Shown one piece after another: positions 10,078 to 18,610 of a stretch of DNA of 42,641 nucleotides. The stretch lies in contig JAEHHB010000001.1 of NCBI GenBank assembly GCA_019248165.1, positions 1-42,641 of the forward strand, written 5' to 3'. The notes beneath the pieces were generated by a model. The model did not search any database, was not told the DNA's origin, and worked only from the letters and a program-made list of their open reading frames with translations. This DNA comes from Candidatus Shapirobacteria bacterium S2_F12. Its GTDB lineage: Bacteria; Patescibacteriota; Microgenomatia; UBA12405. Positions within the stretch are counted from its first letter, which is position 1. Every line of letters begins with the position of its first letter. The position numbers and the translations under genes are program-made.

Positions 10078-10479
10078 ATGTTGCAACCAAGTCGAACCAA
10101 ATATCGAAAACAATTTCGCGGTAAAATGCGCGGTAACTCAAAGGGAAATCTTGTTTCTTTTGGTGAATATGGGTTAAAAAGTCTAGACTGTGGTTGGATT
10201 ACAGCTAATCAGTTAGAATCTGCCCGTCGAGCTATTTCTCATGAAACAAAAAGAAACGGTCGAGTTTGGGTAAGAATTTTTCCTGACAAACCTGTTACTC
10301 AAAAGGGAACTGGCACTATGGGTGCTGGAAAAGGAGATGTCAAAGGGTACGTTTGTGTTGTCAAACCAGGCAGAGTAATATTTGAGGTTTCCGGGATTAC
10401 CAAAGAACAAGCAGATACCGCCTTAAAATTATCTTCAGCTAAATTACCAGTTAGGTGCAAAATTGTTACCAAAAAATAG
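10078..10479 (+). CDS. rplP: 50S ribosomal protein L16
   Basis: MLQPSRTKYRKQFRGKMRG...GAGKGDVKGYV. Confidence 0.96.
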   Translation: MLQPSRTKYRKQFRGKMRGNSKGNLVSFGEYGLKSLDCGWITANQLESARRAISHETKRNGRVWVRIFPDKPVTQKGTGTMGAGKGDVKGYVCVVKPGRVIFEVSGITKEQADTALKLSSAKLPVRCKIVTKK

Positions 10480-10490
10480 GGCTAGATTTT

Positions 10491-10694
10491 ATGAAAAAAA
10501 CTGATAAAATTTCCTACATACAAAAAAGTTCAGACGAGCTTAAAAAGGACCTTCTTGATTTGCGTAAAAGTTTGGTTGAGACCAATGCTAAATATGCCAC
10601 TGGAAACCAAAAGGATAGCTCTGTCTTTACAAAAACCAAGCGAAAAATAGCGCTAGTATTAACTCTTTTAACTCAAAAGAAAAATGAAAAATAA
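10491..10694 (+). CDS. rpmC: 50S ribosomal protein L29
   Basis: 67 aa, helical. ELKKDLLDLRKSL pattern. Position between rplP and rpsQ. The start is moved to the ATG at 10491. Confidence 0.85.
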   Translation: MKKTDKISYIQKSSDELKKDLLDLRKSLVETNAKYATGNQKDSSVFTKTKRKIALVLTLLTQKKNEK

Positions 10695-10953
10695 AACTAA
10701 TAATATCGGTAAAACATTTATCGGACAAGTAGCCTCAAATAAAATGTCTGGTACTATTGTGGTGTCTCTCGAATATACTAGCCGTCATCCTAAATACCAA
10801 AAAATTATTACAAAAAATAAAAACATTTATTCAGATAATAATTTATCTGCCGAAATCGGTGATATTGTAAAAGTTAGAGAAACTCGACCGATCAGTAAAT
10901 TGAAAAGATTTACTACAGTTGAAATTATTAAAAAAGCTGTTCAAACTTTATAA
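10684..10953 (+). CDS. rpsQ: 30S ribosomal protein S17
   Basis: GQVASNKMSGTIVVSLE...HPKYQK...GDIVKVRETRPISKLKRF. Overlaps the rpmC end by 11 nt. Confidence 0.93.
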   Translation: MKNKTNNIGKTFIGQVASNKMSGTIVVSLEYTSRHPKYQKIITKNKNIYSDNNLSAEIGDIVKVRETRPISKLKRFTTVEIIKKAVQTL

Positions 10954-10992
10954 CTAATTAACTATTCAACTATTAAACTATTTAACTAAAAT

Positions 10993-11361
10993 ATGGTTCA
11001 ACTAAGAAGTATTATTAAACCAGCAGACAACTGTGGGGCTCGAAGTGTCCAAGTTGTCCATGTTTACAAGGGTCATTTTCATAAGAAAGGTACTATTGGA
11101 GACATTGTCTTGGCTGTTGTCAAAGATGCTATTCCAAATGGTTTAGTAAAAAAGAAAGAAAAAGTTAAGATGGTTATAATCAGAACTAAAAAAGAATTTG
11201 GACGCGTTGATGGTTCTTATATTCGTTTTAGTGATAATGCCGGAGTAATTATTGATTCTCAAAATAACCCACGAGGAACTCGTATTTTTGGACCAGTAGC
11301 TAGAGAGATTAAAGATTTAGGATTCAACAAGATTGCTTCCATGGCTCAGGAGGTATATTAA
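10993..11361 (+). CDS. rplN: 50S ribosomal protein L14
   Basis: MVQLRSIIKPADNCGAR...IRFSDNAGVII...RIFGPVAREI. Confidence 0.97.
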   Translation: MVQLRSIIKPADNCGARSVQVVHVYKGHFHKKGTIGDIVLAVVKDAIPNGLVKKKEKVKMVIIRTKKEFGRVDGSYIRFSDNAGVIIDSQNNPRGTRIFGPVAREIKDLGFNKIASMAQEVY

Positions 11362-11363
11362 TT

Positions 11364-11708
11364 ATGAAAATTTTAAAAGGTGACAAAGTTCAAGTATTAA
11401 TTGGTAAAGACAAAGGTCGAGAAGGGGAGGTTGTTAAAAGTTTCCCTAAAAAATCAACTTTAGTTGTCAAGGGTTTAAATATATTTAAAAAACATATCAA
11501 ACCTACTCAAAATCAACCAGGTAAAATTATCGAAAAAGAAAGACCTATTTATATTTCAAAATTAGTGTTAATCTGTCCAGAATGTAAAAAACCAACTCGA
11601 GTTGGGTACAAAATCGACAAATCTGGATCTAAATACCGAATTTGCAAAAAATGCCAAACAATCATTAATTCGCCCAAAATCCCCCAAAGTTCTGGTGGTA
11701 AAAAATAA
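11364..11708 (+). CDS. rplX: 50S ribosomal protein L24 (Cys4 zinc-ribbon-containing form)
   Basis: KOW motif KGDKVQVLIGKDKGREGEV. C-terminal CPECKKPTRVGYK...RICKKC (CxxC...CxxC). Confidence 0.93.
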   Translation: MKILKGDKVQVLIGKDKGREGEVVKSFPKKSTLVVKGLNIFKKHIKPTQNQPGKIIEKERPIYISKLVLICPECKKPTRVGYKIDKSGSKYRICKKCQTIINSPKIPQSSGGKK

Positions 11709-11710
11709 CT

Positions 11711-12262
11711 ATGTTAAAGAATATTATCCAAACAACCGTAAAAAACGATCTAATTTCTCAATTGGACAAAAAGAGAAACGTGTTTTCTCTTCCACGATTA
11801 GAAAAAATCGTAATCAATTATCGTGTAGCTGAGGCCAGGGAAAGCCAAGAATCACTAACTGCCGCAATCGAAGAACTTACCGCCATCGCTGGTCAAAAAC
11901 CACAACTTTGTCGTGCTAAAAAAGCCGTTTCTTCATTTAAAATTCGTGAGAACGACCCTTTAGCCCTCAAAGTAATTCTTCGCGGATCAAGAATGTATGA
12001 TTTTATTGAAAAACTTTTTAATATTATTTTGCCCCGTCTTCGTGATTTTAAGGGCATGAGCGCAAATGCTTTCGACAATGCCGGTAACTACAACCTTACA
12101 ATCAAAGACCAAACTTTGTTTCCAGAAATAAATTTGGACAAAGTCAACAAAATAAGATCAGTCCAAATTACCCTAAATATTCGTGCCTCTTCAAAAGACG
12201 AAGCAAAAATGTTATTATCAACCCTAGGTTTCCCATTCGAGAAAAATGGAGGTTCAAACTAA
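11711..12262 (+). CDS. rplE: 50S ribosomal protein L5
   Basis: LPRLEKIVINYRV...GQKPQLCRAKKAVSSFKIRE...RDFKG. Confidence 0.95.
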   Translation: MLKNIIQTTVKNDLISQLDKKRNVFSLPRLEKIVINYRVAEARESQESLTAAIEELTAIAGQKPQLCRAKKAVSSFKIRENDPLALKVILRGSRMYDFIEKLFNIILPRLRDFKGMSANAFDNAGNYNLTIKDQTLFPEINLDKVNKIRSVQITLNIRASSKDEAKMLLSTLGFPFEKNGGSN

Positions 12263-12291
12263 AGCGCTAAAGCTCTAATGCTCTAACGCAC
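12259..12291. repeat. Tandem octamer module, copy 2, upstream of rpsN
   Basis: CTAAAGCG CTAAAG CTCTAATG CTCTAACG CAC. Overlaps the rplE stop codon. Confidence 0.7.
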
Positions 12292-12299
12292 TTATATCT

Positions 12300-12485
12300 A
12301 TGGCTACTACAGCAAAAATAGTTCGAGAACAAAAAAAACTAAAATATAGCGTTCGACATCACAATCGATGCGCTATCTGCGGCCGTCCTCGCGGTTTTAT
12401 TCGTTTATTTGGCATCTGTCGACTTTGTTTCCGCAAGTTGGCCCACCAAGGTATGCTTCCAGGTGTCAAAAAATCAAGTTGGTAA
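12300..12485 (+). CDS. rpsN: 30S ribosomal protein S14, short zinc-binding (type Z) form
   Basis: 61 aa. [22 protein letters not shown] (CxxC...CxxC). C-terminal KSSW. Confidence 0.95.
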   Translation: MATTAKIVREQKKLKYSVRHHNRCAICGRPRGFIRLFGICRLCFRKLAHQGMLPGVKKSSW

Positions 12486-12491
12486 AATATT

Positions 12492-12881
12492 ATGTTGCAA
12501 TCATTTCCTATAGATTTTTTAATTAGAATCAAAAACTCTTCTCGGGCTGGCAAAAAAAAGATGACAGCTCCTTCATCAAAGTTTTGTGTAAGCATCGCTG
12601 ATCTTCTCAAAAGATACGGATACATTTCAAATTATTCAGTTAGTGATGATGACAAAAAACAAATAACTATAGATCTTAGTTACCAAAACAATCAGCCAAA
12701 AATATCTGAAGTTAAGCTTTTCTCAAGACCCGGTCGTCGAGTCTATGGAAAAGTTACCCAACTACCATGGGGAAAAACACCTTATTCATTAATTATTGTT
12801 TCCACCTCTAGCGGGCTTATGTCTCAAAAAGAAGCTAAGACTAAAAAATTAGGGGGAGAAATTATTGCTGAAATTTATTAA
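12492..12881 (+). CDS. rpsH: 30S ribosomal protein S8
   Basis: DFLIRIKNSSRAGKK...IIVSTSSGLMSQKEAK..GGEIIAEI. Confidence 0.95.
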   Translation: MLQSFPIDFLIRIKNSSRAGKKKMTAPSSKFCVSIADLLKRYGYISNYSVSDDDKKQITIDLSYQNNQPKISEVKLFSRPGRRVYGKVTQLPWGKTPYSLIIVSTSSGLMSQKEAKTKKLGGEIIAEIY

Positions 12882-12885
12882 TACT

Positions 12886-13434
12886 ATGTCAAGAATTGGA
12901 AAACAACTAATCACTATTCCTACTGGGGTCACCGTCACTGTTGCTACCGACCAAAATCGAAAAGTTACCGTTTCTGGTCCAAAAGGTAGTCTTGAACTTA
13001 GTATACCTTTCAAAATCAATGTTGAAATTGTCGATAGCCAAATTAAGGTAACCCGTGTTTCAGAAGACAAAAAAGTTAAAGCTTGTCACGGAGCTACCAG
13101 AGCCCATTTAAATAATATGGTCAAAGGGGTTCAAAATTTATGGACCAAGGAATTAGAAATTAAAGGGACAGGTTATAAGGCTTCCGTAAACGGAAATAAA
13201 CTAAAATTATTGGTTGGCTTTATTCATCCAGTTGAAATTATTGCTCCTGTTGGGGTAGAATTCCAAGTTCCAGAAGAAACCAAGATTATTGTTTCTGGAG
13301 CTGACCGTATGAAAGTTGGTCAAGTCGCCAGTAATATTCGAAAAGTACGACCACCAGAACCTTACAAGGGTAAAGGCGTTCGCTACTTAAATGAATTTAT
13401 AAAATTAAAAGCTGGTAAAAAAGCCAAAGCCTAA
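12886..13434 (+). CDS. rplF: 50S ribosomal protein L6
   Basis: MSRIGKQLITIPTGVTV is the canonical start. KGTGYKA...PEPYKGKGVRY. The ORF-track start at 12865 overlaps rpsH. Confidence 0.95.
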   Translation: MSRIGKQLITIPTGVTVTVATDQNRKVTVSGPKGSLELSIPFKINVEIVDSQIKVTRVSEDKKVKACHGATRAHLNNMVKGVQNLWTKELEIKGTGYKASVNGNKLKLLVGFIHPVEIIAPVGVEFQVPEETKIIVSGADRMKVGQVASNIRKVRPPEPYKGKGVRYLNEFIKLKAGKKAKA

Positions 13435-13484
13435 CAATTATTAAAATATTAATCTACTAAACTAATAAACTATTTATCTAAACC

Positions 13485-13829
13485 ATGATTCAGTATAACC
13501 AAAAAATCAGACGTCTACGTCGAGTTCGAAGCAAAATTGCTCAAAATATAGGTATTCCTCGTTTATCTGTGTTTAGGAGTAATCAACATATTTGGGCTCA
13601 AATCATTGATGATAAACATGGAAAAACACTAGTATCTTATTCAACAAAAAATATCAATGAAGCTAAGGGTACGAAATCAGAAAAGGCTACTATGGTTGGT
13701 CAAGAAATTGCCAAATTAGCATTAGAAAAAAAGATTATCAACATTAGATTTGATCGTGGGCTTTATCGATACCACGGCCGAGTGAAAGCTTTGGCCCAAG
13801 GTGCCCGCGATGGAGGTTTAAAATTTTAA
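13485..13829 (+). CDS. rplR: 50S ribosomal protein L18
   Basis: [10 protein letters not shown]...[16 protein letters not shown]...[26 protein letters not shown]. Confidence 0.96.
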   Translation: MIQYNQKIRRLRRVRSKIAQNIGIPRLSVFRSNQHIWAQIIDDKHGKTLVSYSTKNINEAKGTKSEKATMVGQEIAKLALEKKIINIRFDRGLYRYHGRVKALAQGARDGGLKF

Positions 13830-13830
13830 T

Positions 13831-14313
13831 ATGGCTTACAATAATAATCAAAATCAACACAAAAACGAAAGATTTGAAAAACCAGTTAGTGAATTTACTG
13901 ACAAAGTTTTACAAATAAAACGGGTATCCAAAAAAACTAAGGGTGGTAATCAGATTCATTTTACTGCCTTAGTAGTCTCTGGTGATAAAAAATCACGAGT
14001 TGGTGTTGGTCTGGGAAAAGCCAAAAGTGTTGCTGATGCAATCCAAAAGGGAATTAAAAAAGCCCAAAAATCATTAATTGAAATCCCAATTGTTAATGGT
14101 ACTATTTCTAGCTCTATTCAATTAAAATTTAAAGGTGGAATTGTTTTGATTCGTCCAGGTAAGACAGGAAGTGGGTTGATTGCTGGTGGTCCAGTTAGGG
14201 CTGTGGTTGAATTGGCCGGGATAAAAGATATTGTTAGTAAAATTATTGGCTCAAGAAATAAATCGATTAATGTTTGGGCTACTCTTAAAGCTCTAAGTTT
14301 ACTTCAAAAATAA
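13831..14313 (+). CDS. rpsE: 30S ribosomal protein S5
   Basis: IKRVSKKTKGGNQIHFTALVVSGD...GVGLGKAKSVADAIQKG...GSGLIAGGPVRAV. Confidence 0.96.
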   Translation: MAYNNNQNQHKNERFEKPVSEFTDKVLQIKRVSKKTKGGNQIHFTALVVSGDKKSRVGVGLGKAKSVADAIQKGIKKAQKSLIEIPIVNGTISSSIQLKFKGGIVLIRPGKTGSGLIAGGPVRAVVELAGIKDIVSKIIGSRNKSINVWATLKALSLLQK

Positions 14314-14315
14314 CT

Positions 14316-14765
14316 ATGGAAATTTTATCAAATCTTTCAAAAGTTACTCAAAAACCAGCTCGCCGTTGTGGTCGTGGAATTGGTTCTGGTCTTGGCGGTC
14401 ACACTTCTGGTCGTGGTCAAAAAGGTGCTAAATCTAGAGGCTACATCAAACTAACTTTTGATGGTACCAAAATTAAAAAAGGCTGGATCAAAAGACTTCC
14501 TTTTTTGCGAGGTAAAAATCGACTTAATAATCAAAAAAACATAATAACCTTTAACTTGTCACAACTTAACAAGTGGTACGAGTCAGGGGACCTGGTCGAT
14601 ATTAATACCTTGTCTCAAAAAACAAAAATATCTTTTAAACGACTCAATGCTACCGTAAAGATTTTATCTTTCGGAGAATTATCCAAAAAACTTAATATCA
14701 AAGGGCTTTTAGTGTCAAAAATTGCTCATGAAAAAATTATTACTGCTGGTGGTAATATAGAGTAA
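14316..14765 (+). CDS. rplO: 50S ribosomal protein L15
   Basis: RCGRGIGSGLGGHTSGRGQKG. Starts 2 nt after the rpsE stop, so no L30 gene lies between them. Confidence 0.95.
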   Translation: MEILSNLSKVTQKPARRCGRGIGSGLGGHTSGRGQKGAKSRGYIKLTFDGTKIKKGWIKRLPFLRGKNRLNNQKNIITFNLSQLNKWYESGDLVDINTLSQKTKISFKRLNATVKILSFGELSKKLNIKGLLVSKIAHEKIITAGGNIE

Positions 14766-16045
14766 TGAATCAGTTGACTAAATATCTTTCATTATATTTC
14801 GAAGGTTTCAAAACCACCCTTTTTCGAAAAAAACTTTTATTTACTATCGGTATTCTTGTTGCTTTTCGTTTTATTGCTCATATTCCAGTCCCAGGGGTCA
14901 ACTTGACTTTATTACGACAGTTTTTTGCTCAAAATCAACTATTATCACTAATTGATATGTTTTCTGGCGGAACATTGGCTAATTTTTCCATTTGCGCTTT
15001 AGGACTAAGTCCTTACATTAGTGCCTCAGTAATGATGCAATTGTTAGCACTTGTAGTTCCTCAGCTTGAAGCTCTCCAAAAAGAAGGGGAGTATGGAAGA
15101 TCAAAAATCAACCAATATGTTCGTATTGCTACTATCCCTTTTGCAATTATCAACGGACTTGGAATGTTTGCTATACTCCGGTCTCAAAATATCATCACTC
15201 AGTACAATTTGTTAACCATTATTGCCTTAGTATCTAGTATGCTAGCGGGAACCATGATTATGATTTTCTTTGGTGAATTAATAAATATTTATGGAGTTGG
15301 CAATGGAATTTCAATGTTAATTTTTGCTGGTATTATTTCTCGACTACCAATTAGTATGGTTCAGACACTCACAGTTACTGATTTTTCCAATCCCCAAAAT
15401 AGCCTTAATATTATTATCTTAATAGCCATGGCTTTACTTTTAATAGGAGCAATAGTTTTTGTTGAAGAAGCAGTTTTAAGGATACCTATAAATTATGCCA
15501 AAAGAGGTCAAACGACCTATCTGCCTATCAAAGTTAACACCGCCGGTGTTATGCCGATTATTTTTGCTGTTTCACTAGCCACCGTCCCATCCCTAATGGG
15601 TCAGTTTCTTGGGAAAGTCCCGAATCAGACAATAGCTAATATCGCCAATAACATTGCTCACATATTTCGTACAGACGGTTATTTTTATATGTTTTTTTAC
15701 TTTCTATTAGTAATTGGCTTCACCTTTTTTTACACATCAGTTGTATTTAAACCAAAAGACATCGCCGAAGAACTACGCAAATCTGGTGGCTTTATCCCGG
15801 GTATCCGTCCGGGGCAGTCAACTGAAAAAAGATTGCAATATCTCATCAATAGAGTTTTGTTAATTGGTGCAGTATTCCTAGGGACAATCGCCGTAACCCC
15901 ATCAATAGTTCAAAAAATTACTAATATTACTACGTTGACCATTGGTGGTACTAGCGTCCTAATCGCTGTCTCTGTTATTCTTGAATTGACAAGAAAAATG
16001 GAAAACGTCGTCCAAACATACAATTACGACAAATTAAGTTATTAA
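14765..16045 (+). CDS. secY: Preprotein translocase subunit SecY
   Basis: 426 aa, 10 predicted TM segments. IPVPGV, FSGGTL..FSICALGLSPYISASV, GGFIPGIRPG motifs. Confidence 0.96.
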   Translation: MNQLTKYLSLYFEGFKTTLFRKKLLFTIGILVAFRFIAHIPVPGVNLTLLRQFFAQNQLLSLIDMFSGGTLANFSICALGLSPYISASVMMQLLALVVPQLEALQKEGEYGRSKINQYVRIATIPFAIINGLGMFAILRSQNIITQYNLLTIIALVSSMLAGTMIMIFFGELINIYGVGNGISMLIFAGIISRLPISMVQTLTVTDFSNPQNSLNIIILIAMALLLIGAIVFVEEAVLRIPINYAKRGQTTYLPIKVNTAGVMPIIFAVSLATVPSLMGQFLGKVPNQTIANIANNIAHIFRTDGYFYMFFYFLLVIGFTFFYTSVVFKPKDIAEELRKSGGFIPGIRPGQSTEKRLQYLINRVLLIGAVFLGTIAVTPSIVQKITNITTLTIGGTSVLIAVSVILELTRKMENVVQTYNYDKLSY

Positions 16046-16053
16046 TTTAAAAA

Positions 16054-16083
16054 CTAAAGCTCTAACGATCTAAAGCACTAAAA
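16054..16083. repeat. Tandem octamer module, copy 3, upstream of adk
   Basis: CTAAAG CTCTAACG ATCTAAAG CACTAAA. Confidence 0.65.
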
Positions 16084-16087
16084 AAAT

Positions 16088-16669
16088 ATGTCATTAAATC
16101 TTTTTATAATTGGTCCATCAGGTTGTGGTAAATCCACTCAAGCCAAATTAATTGCCGCTAAATACAATTTAACCCATCTTTCTATGGGTCAACTGCTTCG
16201 TAACGAAATTGCCGCTGGATCAGTAGAAGGTTTACAAGCCAAAACCTATCTAGATAGTGGCACCCTAGTTCCAGAAGAATTATCATACAAAGTTTTAACC
16301 AATTCTTTGGTAAAAATAAATAATAAAAATTTTATTATCGACGGTTTCCCTCGTACTTATCTTCAAGGTCAATTTATTGAAAATTATTTAACCACTCAAA
16401 ACGAGCCACTCGATTTAATTATTCATCTTGATGTCACTTTTGAAGAAATTCAAACACGTCGTGCTAAAATGGGTGACGAATTTCAAGACAAGAATCGAAC
16501 CGACAACACCCCCGAGGCTATGGCTGCTCGTCAAAAGTTTTATGATGAAAACAATGGGTTAATCATGGATTATTTCCAGCCTAAAAATTTAATTTTTCGT
16601 GTGGACGGCAATCGCCCAATCGAGCCAATCTTTGCCGACATCGACCAAAAAATTAATCAATTGAAATAA
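16088..16669 (+). CDS. adk: Adenylate kinase (short-LID form)
   Basis: P-loop [27 protein letters not shown] motifs. 193 aa with no Cys4 LID insertion. Confidence 0.93.
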   Translation: MSLNLFIIGPSGCGKSTQAKLIAAKYNLTHLSMGQLLRNEIAAGSVEGLQAKTYLDSGTLVPEELSYKVLTNSLVKINNKNFIIDGFPRTYLQGQFIENYLTTQNEPLDLIIHLDVTFEEIQTRRAKMGDEFQDKNRTDNTPEAMAARQKFYDENNGLIMDYFQPKNLIFRVDGNRPIEPIFADIDQKINQLK

Positions 16670-16692
16670 AATATATTATTAATTAATTAAAA

Positions 16693-16899
16693 ATGCCCAA
16701 AGAACCAACTGTCAGAGGTCAACTAACCGAAGTTTTACCAAACTCACTTTATCGAGTGAGGCTAGAAAACGGCGAGGAAATAATCGCCCATCTTGCTGGT
16801 AAATTAAAGATGAACCACATTCGTGTCATCGCTGGAGATTTTGTTTCTCTAGTCCTTAGTCCCGATGGTAAAATGGGTAGAATAGTTTATCGAGGGTAA
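16693..16899 (+). CDS. infA: Translation initiation factor IF-1
   Basis: 68 aa S1-like OB fold. GQLTEVLPNSLYRVRLENGEEIIAHLAGKLKMNHIRVIAGD. Confidence 0.95.
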   Translation: MPKEPTVRGQLTEVLPNSLYRVRLENGEEIIAHLAGKLKMNHIRVIAGDFVSLVLSPDGKMGRIVYRG

Positions 16900-16913
16900 A
16901 TTAAATTTACTCT

Positions 16914-16942
16914 TTGATATTGTCACAAAATTAGGTTACAAT
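16914..16942 (+). promoter_or_regulatory. Candidate sigma-70-type internal promoter for rpmJ-rpsM-rpsK-rpsD-rpoA-rplQ
   Basis: TTGATA (16914-16919), 17 nt, TACAAT (16937-16942), in the infA-rpmJ spacer. Confidence 0.4.
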
Positions 16943-16958
16943 ATCCAAGTCTATTTTT

Positions 16959-17072
16959 ATGAAAGTAAAATCTAGTATCAAACGTCGTTGCCGAAATTGC
17001 AAGGTGGTTATTCGCCGCGGTATTCGACGTATTATTTGTTCCACAAAAAGACATACCCAAAAACAGGGTTAA
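16959..17072 (+). CDS. rpmJ: 50S ribosomal protein L36
   Basis: Below the ORF-track size cutoff. Translates to [37 protein letters not shown], the canonical L36 with CxxC...C..H. Sits between infA and rpsM. Confidence 0.93.
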   Translation: MKVKSSIKRRCRNCKVVIRRGIRRIICSTKRHTQKQG

Positions 17073-17078
17073 ACAAGC

Positions 17079-17498
17079 ATGAGAATTCTTGGTGTTGAAA
17101 TTCCAGACAATGAGAGAGCTGAAATAGGCTTGACTCGTTTTTTTGGAATTGGTCGTACAAACGTTAAACAAGTTGCCAGCATGGCTAAAATTGATTTAAA
17201 CACTCGTATCAAAGATTTATCGCGTGATGACGTTTCTGTTCTTATGAAAGTGTTGGAAAGTTTTAAAATTGAAGGTGACCTAAAAAAAGAAATTCGCGAA
17301 AACATTGATCGACTCAAGGCTATTAAATCTTATCGGGGTGTTCGCCATATTGTCAGTTTACCCGTTCGAGGACAACGAACAAAAACTAACGCTCGTACCA
17401 GGAAAGGTAAGAAAAAGACAGTTGGTTCTCTTACTAAAGAAGCTTGGGCAAAAATTGAAACTTCTCAAAACGCTGCTTCAAATAATACAAATAAATAA
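17079..17498 (+). CDS. rpsM: 30S ribosomal protein S13
   Basis: MRILGVEIPDNERAEIGLTRFFGIGRTN...YRGVRHIVSLPVRGQRTKTNARTRKG. Confidence 0.96.
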   Translation: MRILGVEIPDNERAEIGLTRFFGIGRTNVKQVASMAKIDLNTRIKDLSRDDVSVLMKVLESFKIEGDLKKEIRENIDRLKAIKSYRGVRHIVSLPVRGQRTKTNARTRKGKKKTVGSLTKEAWAKIETSQNAASNNTNK

Positions 17499-17512
17499 TT
17501 ATTTTAAATTAT

Positions 17513-17914
17513 ATGGATCAACCCTCAACTAATAAAACCACTATCAAAAAGAAAGTATTTAAAAATATTGCTGAAGGCCGTCTTTATGTAAAATCAACCT
17601 TTAATAATACTTTAGTTAGTGTTACTGATTCCAAAGGCAAGGTTTTAACTTGGTCAAGTGCTGGTAATTGTGGTTTTAAAGGGTCTCGCAAATCAACTCC
17701 TTATGCTGCTTCTACTGCTATCGAAAAAGCTCTAGAGGAAGCCAAAAAACATGGTATTAAAAAAATTGATGTTTATTTAAAAGGACCAGGTGTCGGCCAT
17801 GATGCTGCTCTTAGGTTCCTTCGTTCTAAAAGGGATTTTGATATCGACAAGATTTCCGATATTACTCCAATTCCCCACAACGGACCTCGTCCTCCAAAAC
17901 AACGTCATGTATAA
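17513..17914 (+). CDS. rpsK: 30S ribosomal protein S11
   Basis: GRLYVKSTFNNTLVSVTDSKGKVLTWSSAG..GFKGSRKSTPYAA...TPIPHNGPRPPKQR. Confidence 0.96.
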   Translation: MDQPSTNKTTIKKKVFKNIAEGRLYVKSTFNNTLVSVTDSKGKVLTWSSAGNCGFKGSRKSTPYAASTAIEKALEEAKKHGIKKIDVYLKGPGVGHDAALRFLRSKRDFDIDKISDITPIPHNGPRPPKQRHV

Positions 17915-17967
17915 AAATTTAAAATTAATTAACTATTAATCTACTCAACTAATTATCTAAAAAAAAT

Positions 17968-18597
17968 ATGTCAAGAATTACTTTAGACACCAAATGTCGA
18001 CTTTGTCGAAGTGCTGGAACTAAACTTTATCTCAAAGGGATTCGTTGTTTTTCAGCAAAATGTCCTATCGAAAAAAAGGGTGCTGTTAAGCCGGGTATGC
18101 ATGGAGTTAAAAAGAGTGGAAAAATAACCGATTTCGGTATTCAATTACGAGCAAAACAAAAAGCAAAACGTATTTATGGTGTCCAAGAAACTCAATTCAA
18201 AAACTATTATTTAAAAGCTAAAAAATTAAAAGGGCTTGTTGGTAACAATTTGTTAACTTTATTAGAAAAAAGACTTGACAACGTTCTTTATTTATCTGGA
18301 CTTTCTTTATCAAGATCTTCAGCTAAACAATTAATAAGTCATGGTCATGTAATGGTAAACGAAAAACCTTTTAATATTCCTTCATACCAAGTAAACCTAA
18401 AAGACGTAATTACTTTAGATAAGAAAATTATTGAAAAAGTTGGAGCTCTTCCTTCTGACGAATCTGATTTTAAAGCCCCAAACTGGCTAGACTTAAATAA
18501 ACAAAAAAACACTGTCAAAATCATTTCTGAACCTCTTATTGAAGAGATTGGTAATGATATCGACATCAATTTAATAATTGAATATTATTCAAGATAA
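17968..18597 (+). CDS. rpsD: 30S ribosomal protein S4
   Basis: N-terminal CRLCRSAG..LKGIRCFSAKC zinc-finger-like region. S4 domain RLDNVLYLSGLSLSRSSAKQLISHGHVMVN. Confidence 0.95.
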   Translation: MSRITLDTKCRLCRSAGTKLYLKGIRCFSAKCPIEKKGAVKPGMHGVKKSGKITDFGIQLRAKQKAKRIYGVQETQFKNYYLKAKKLKGLVGNNLLTLLEKRLDNVLYLSGLSLSRSSAKQLISHGHVMVNEKPFNIPSYQVNLKDVITLDKKIIEKVGALPSDESDFKAPNWLDLNKQKNTVKIISEPLIEEIGNDIDINLIIEYYSR

Positions 18598-18610
18598 AAA
18601 GGAGCATTTT

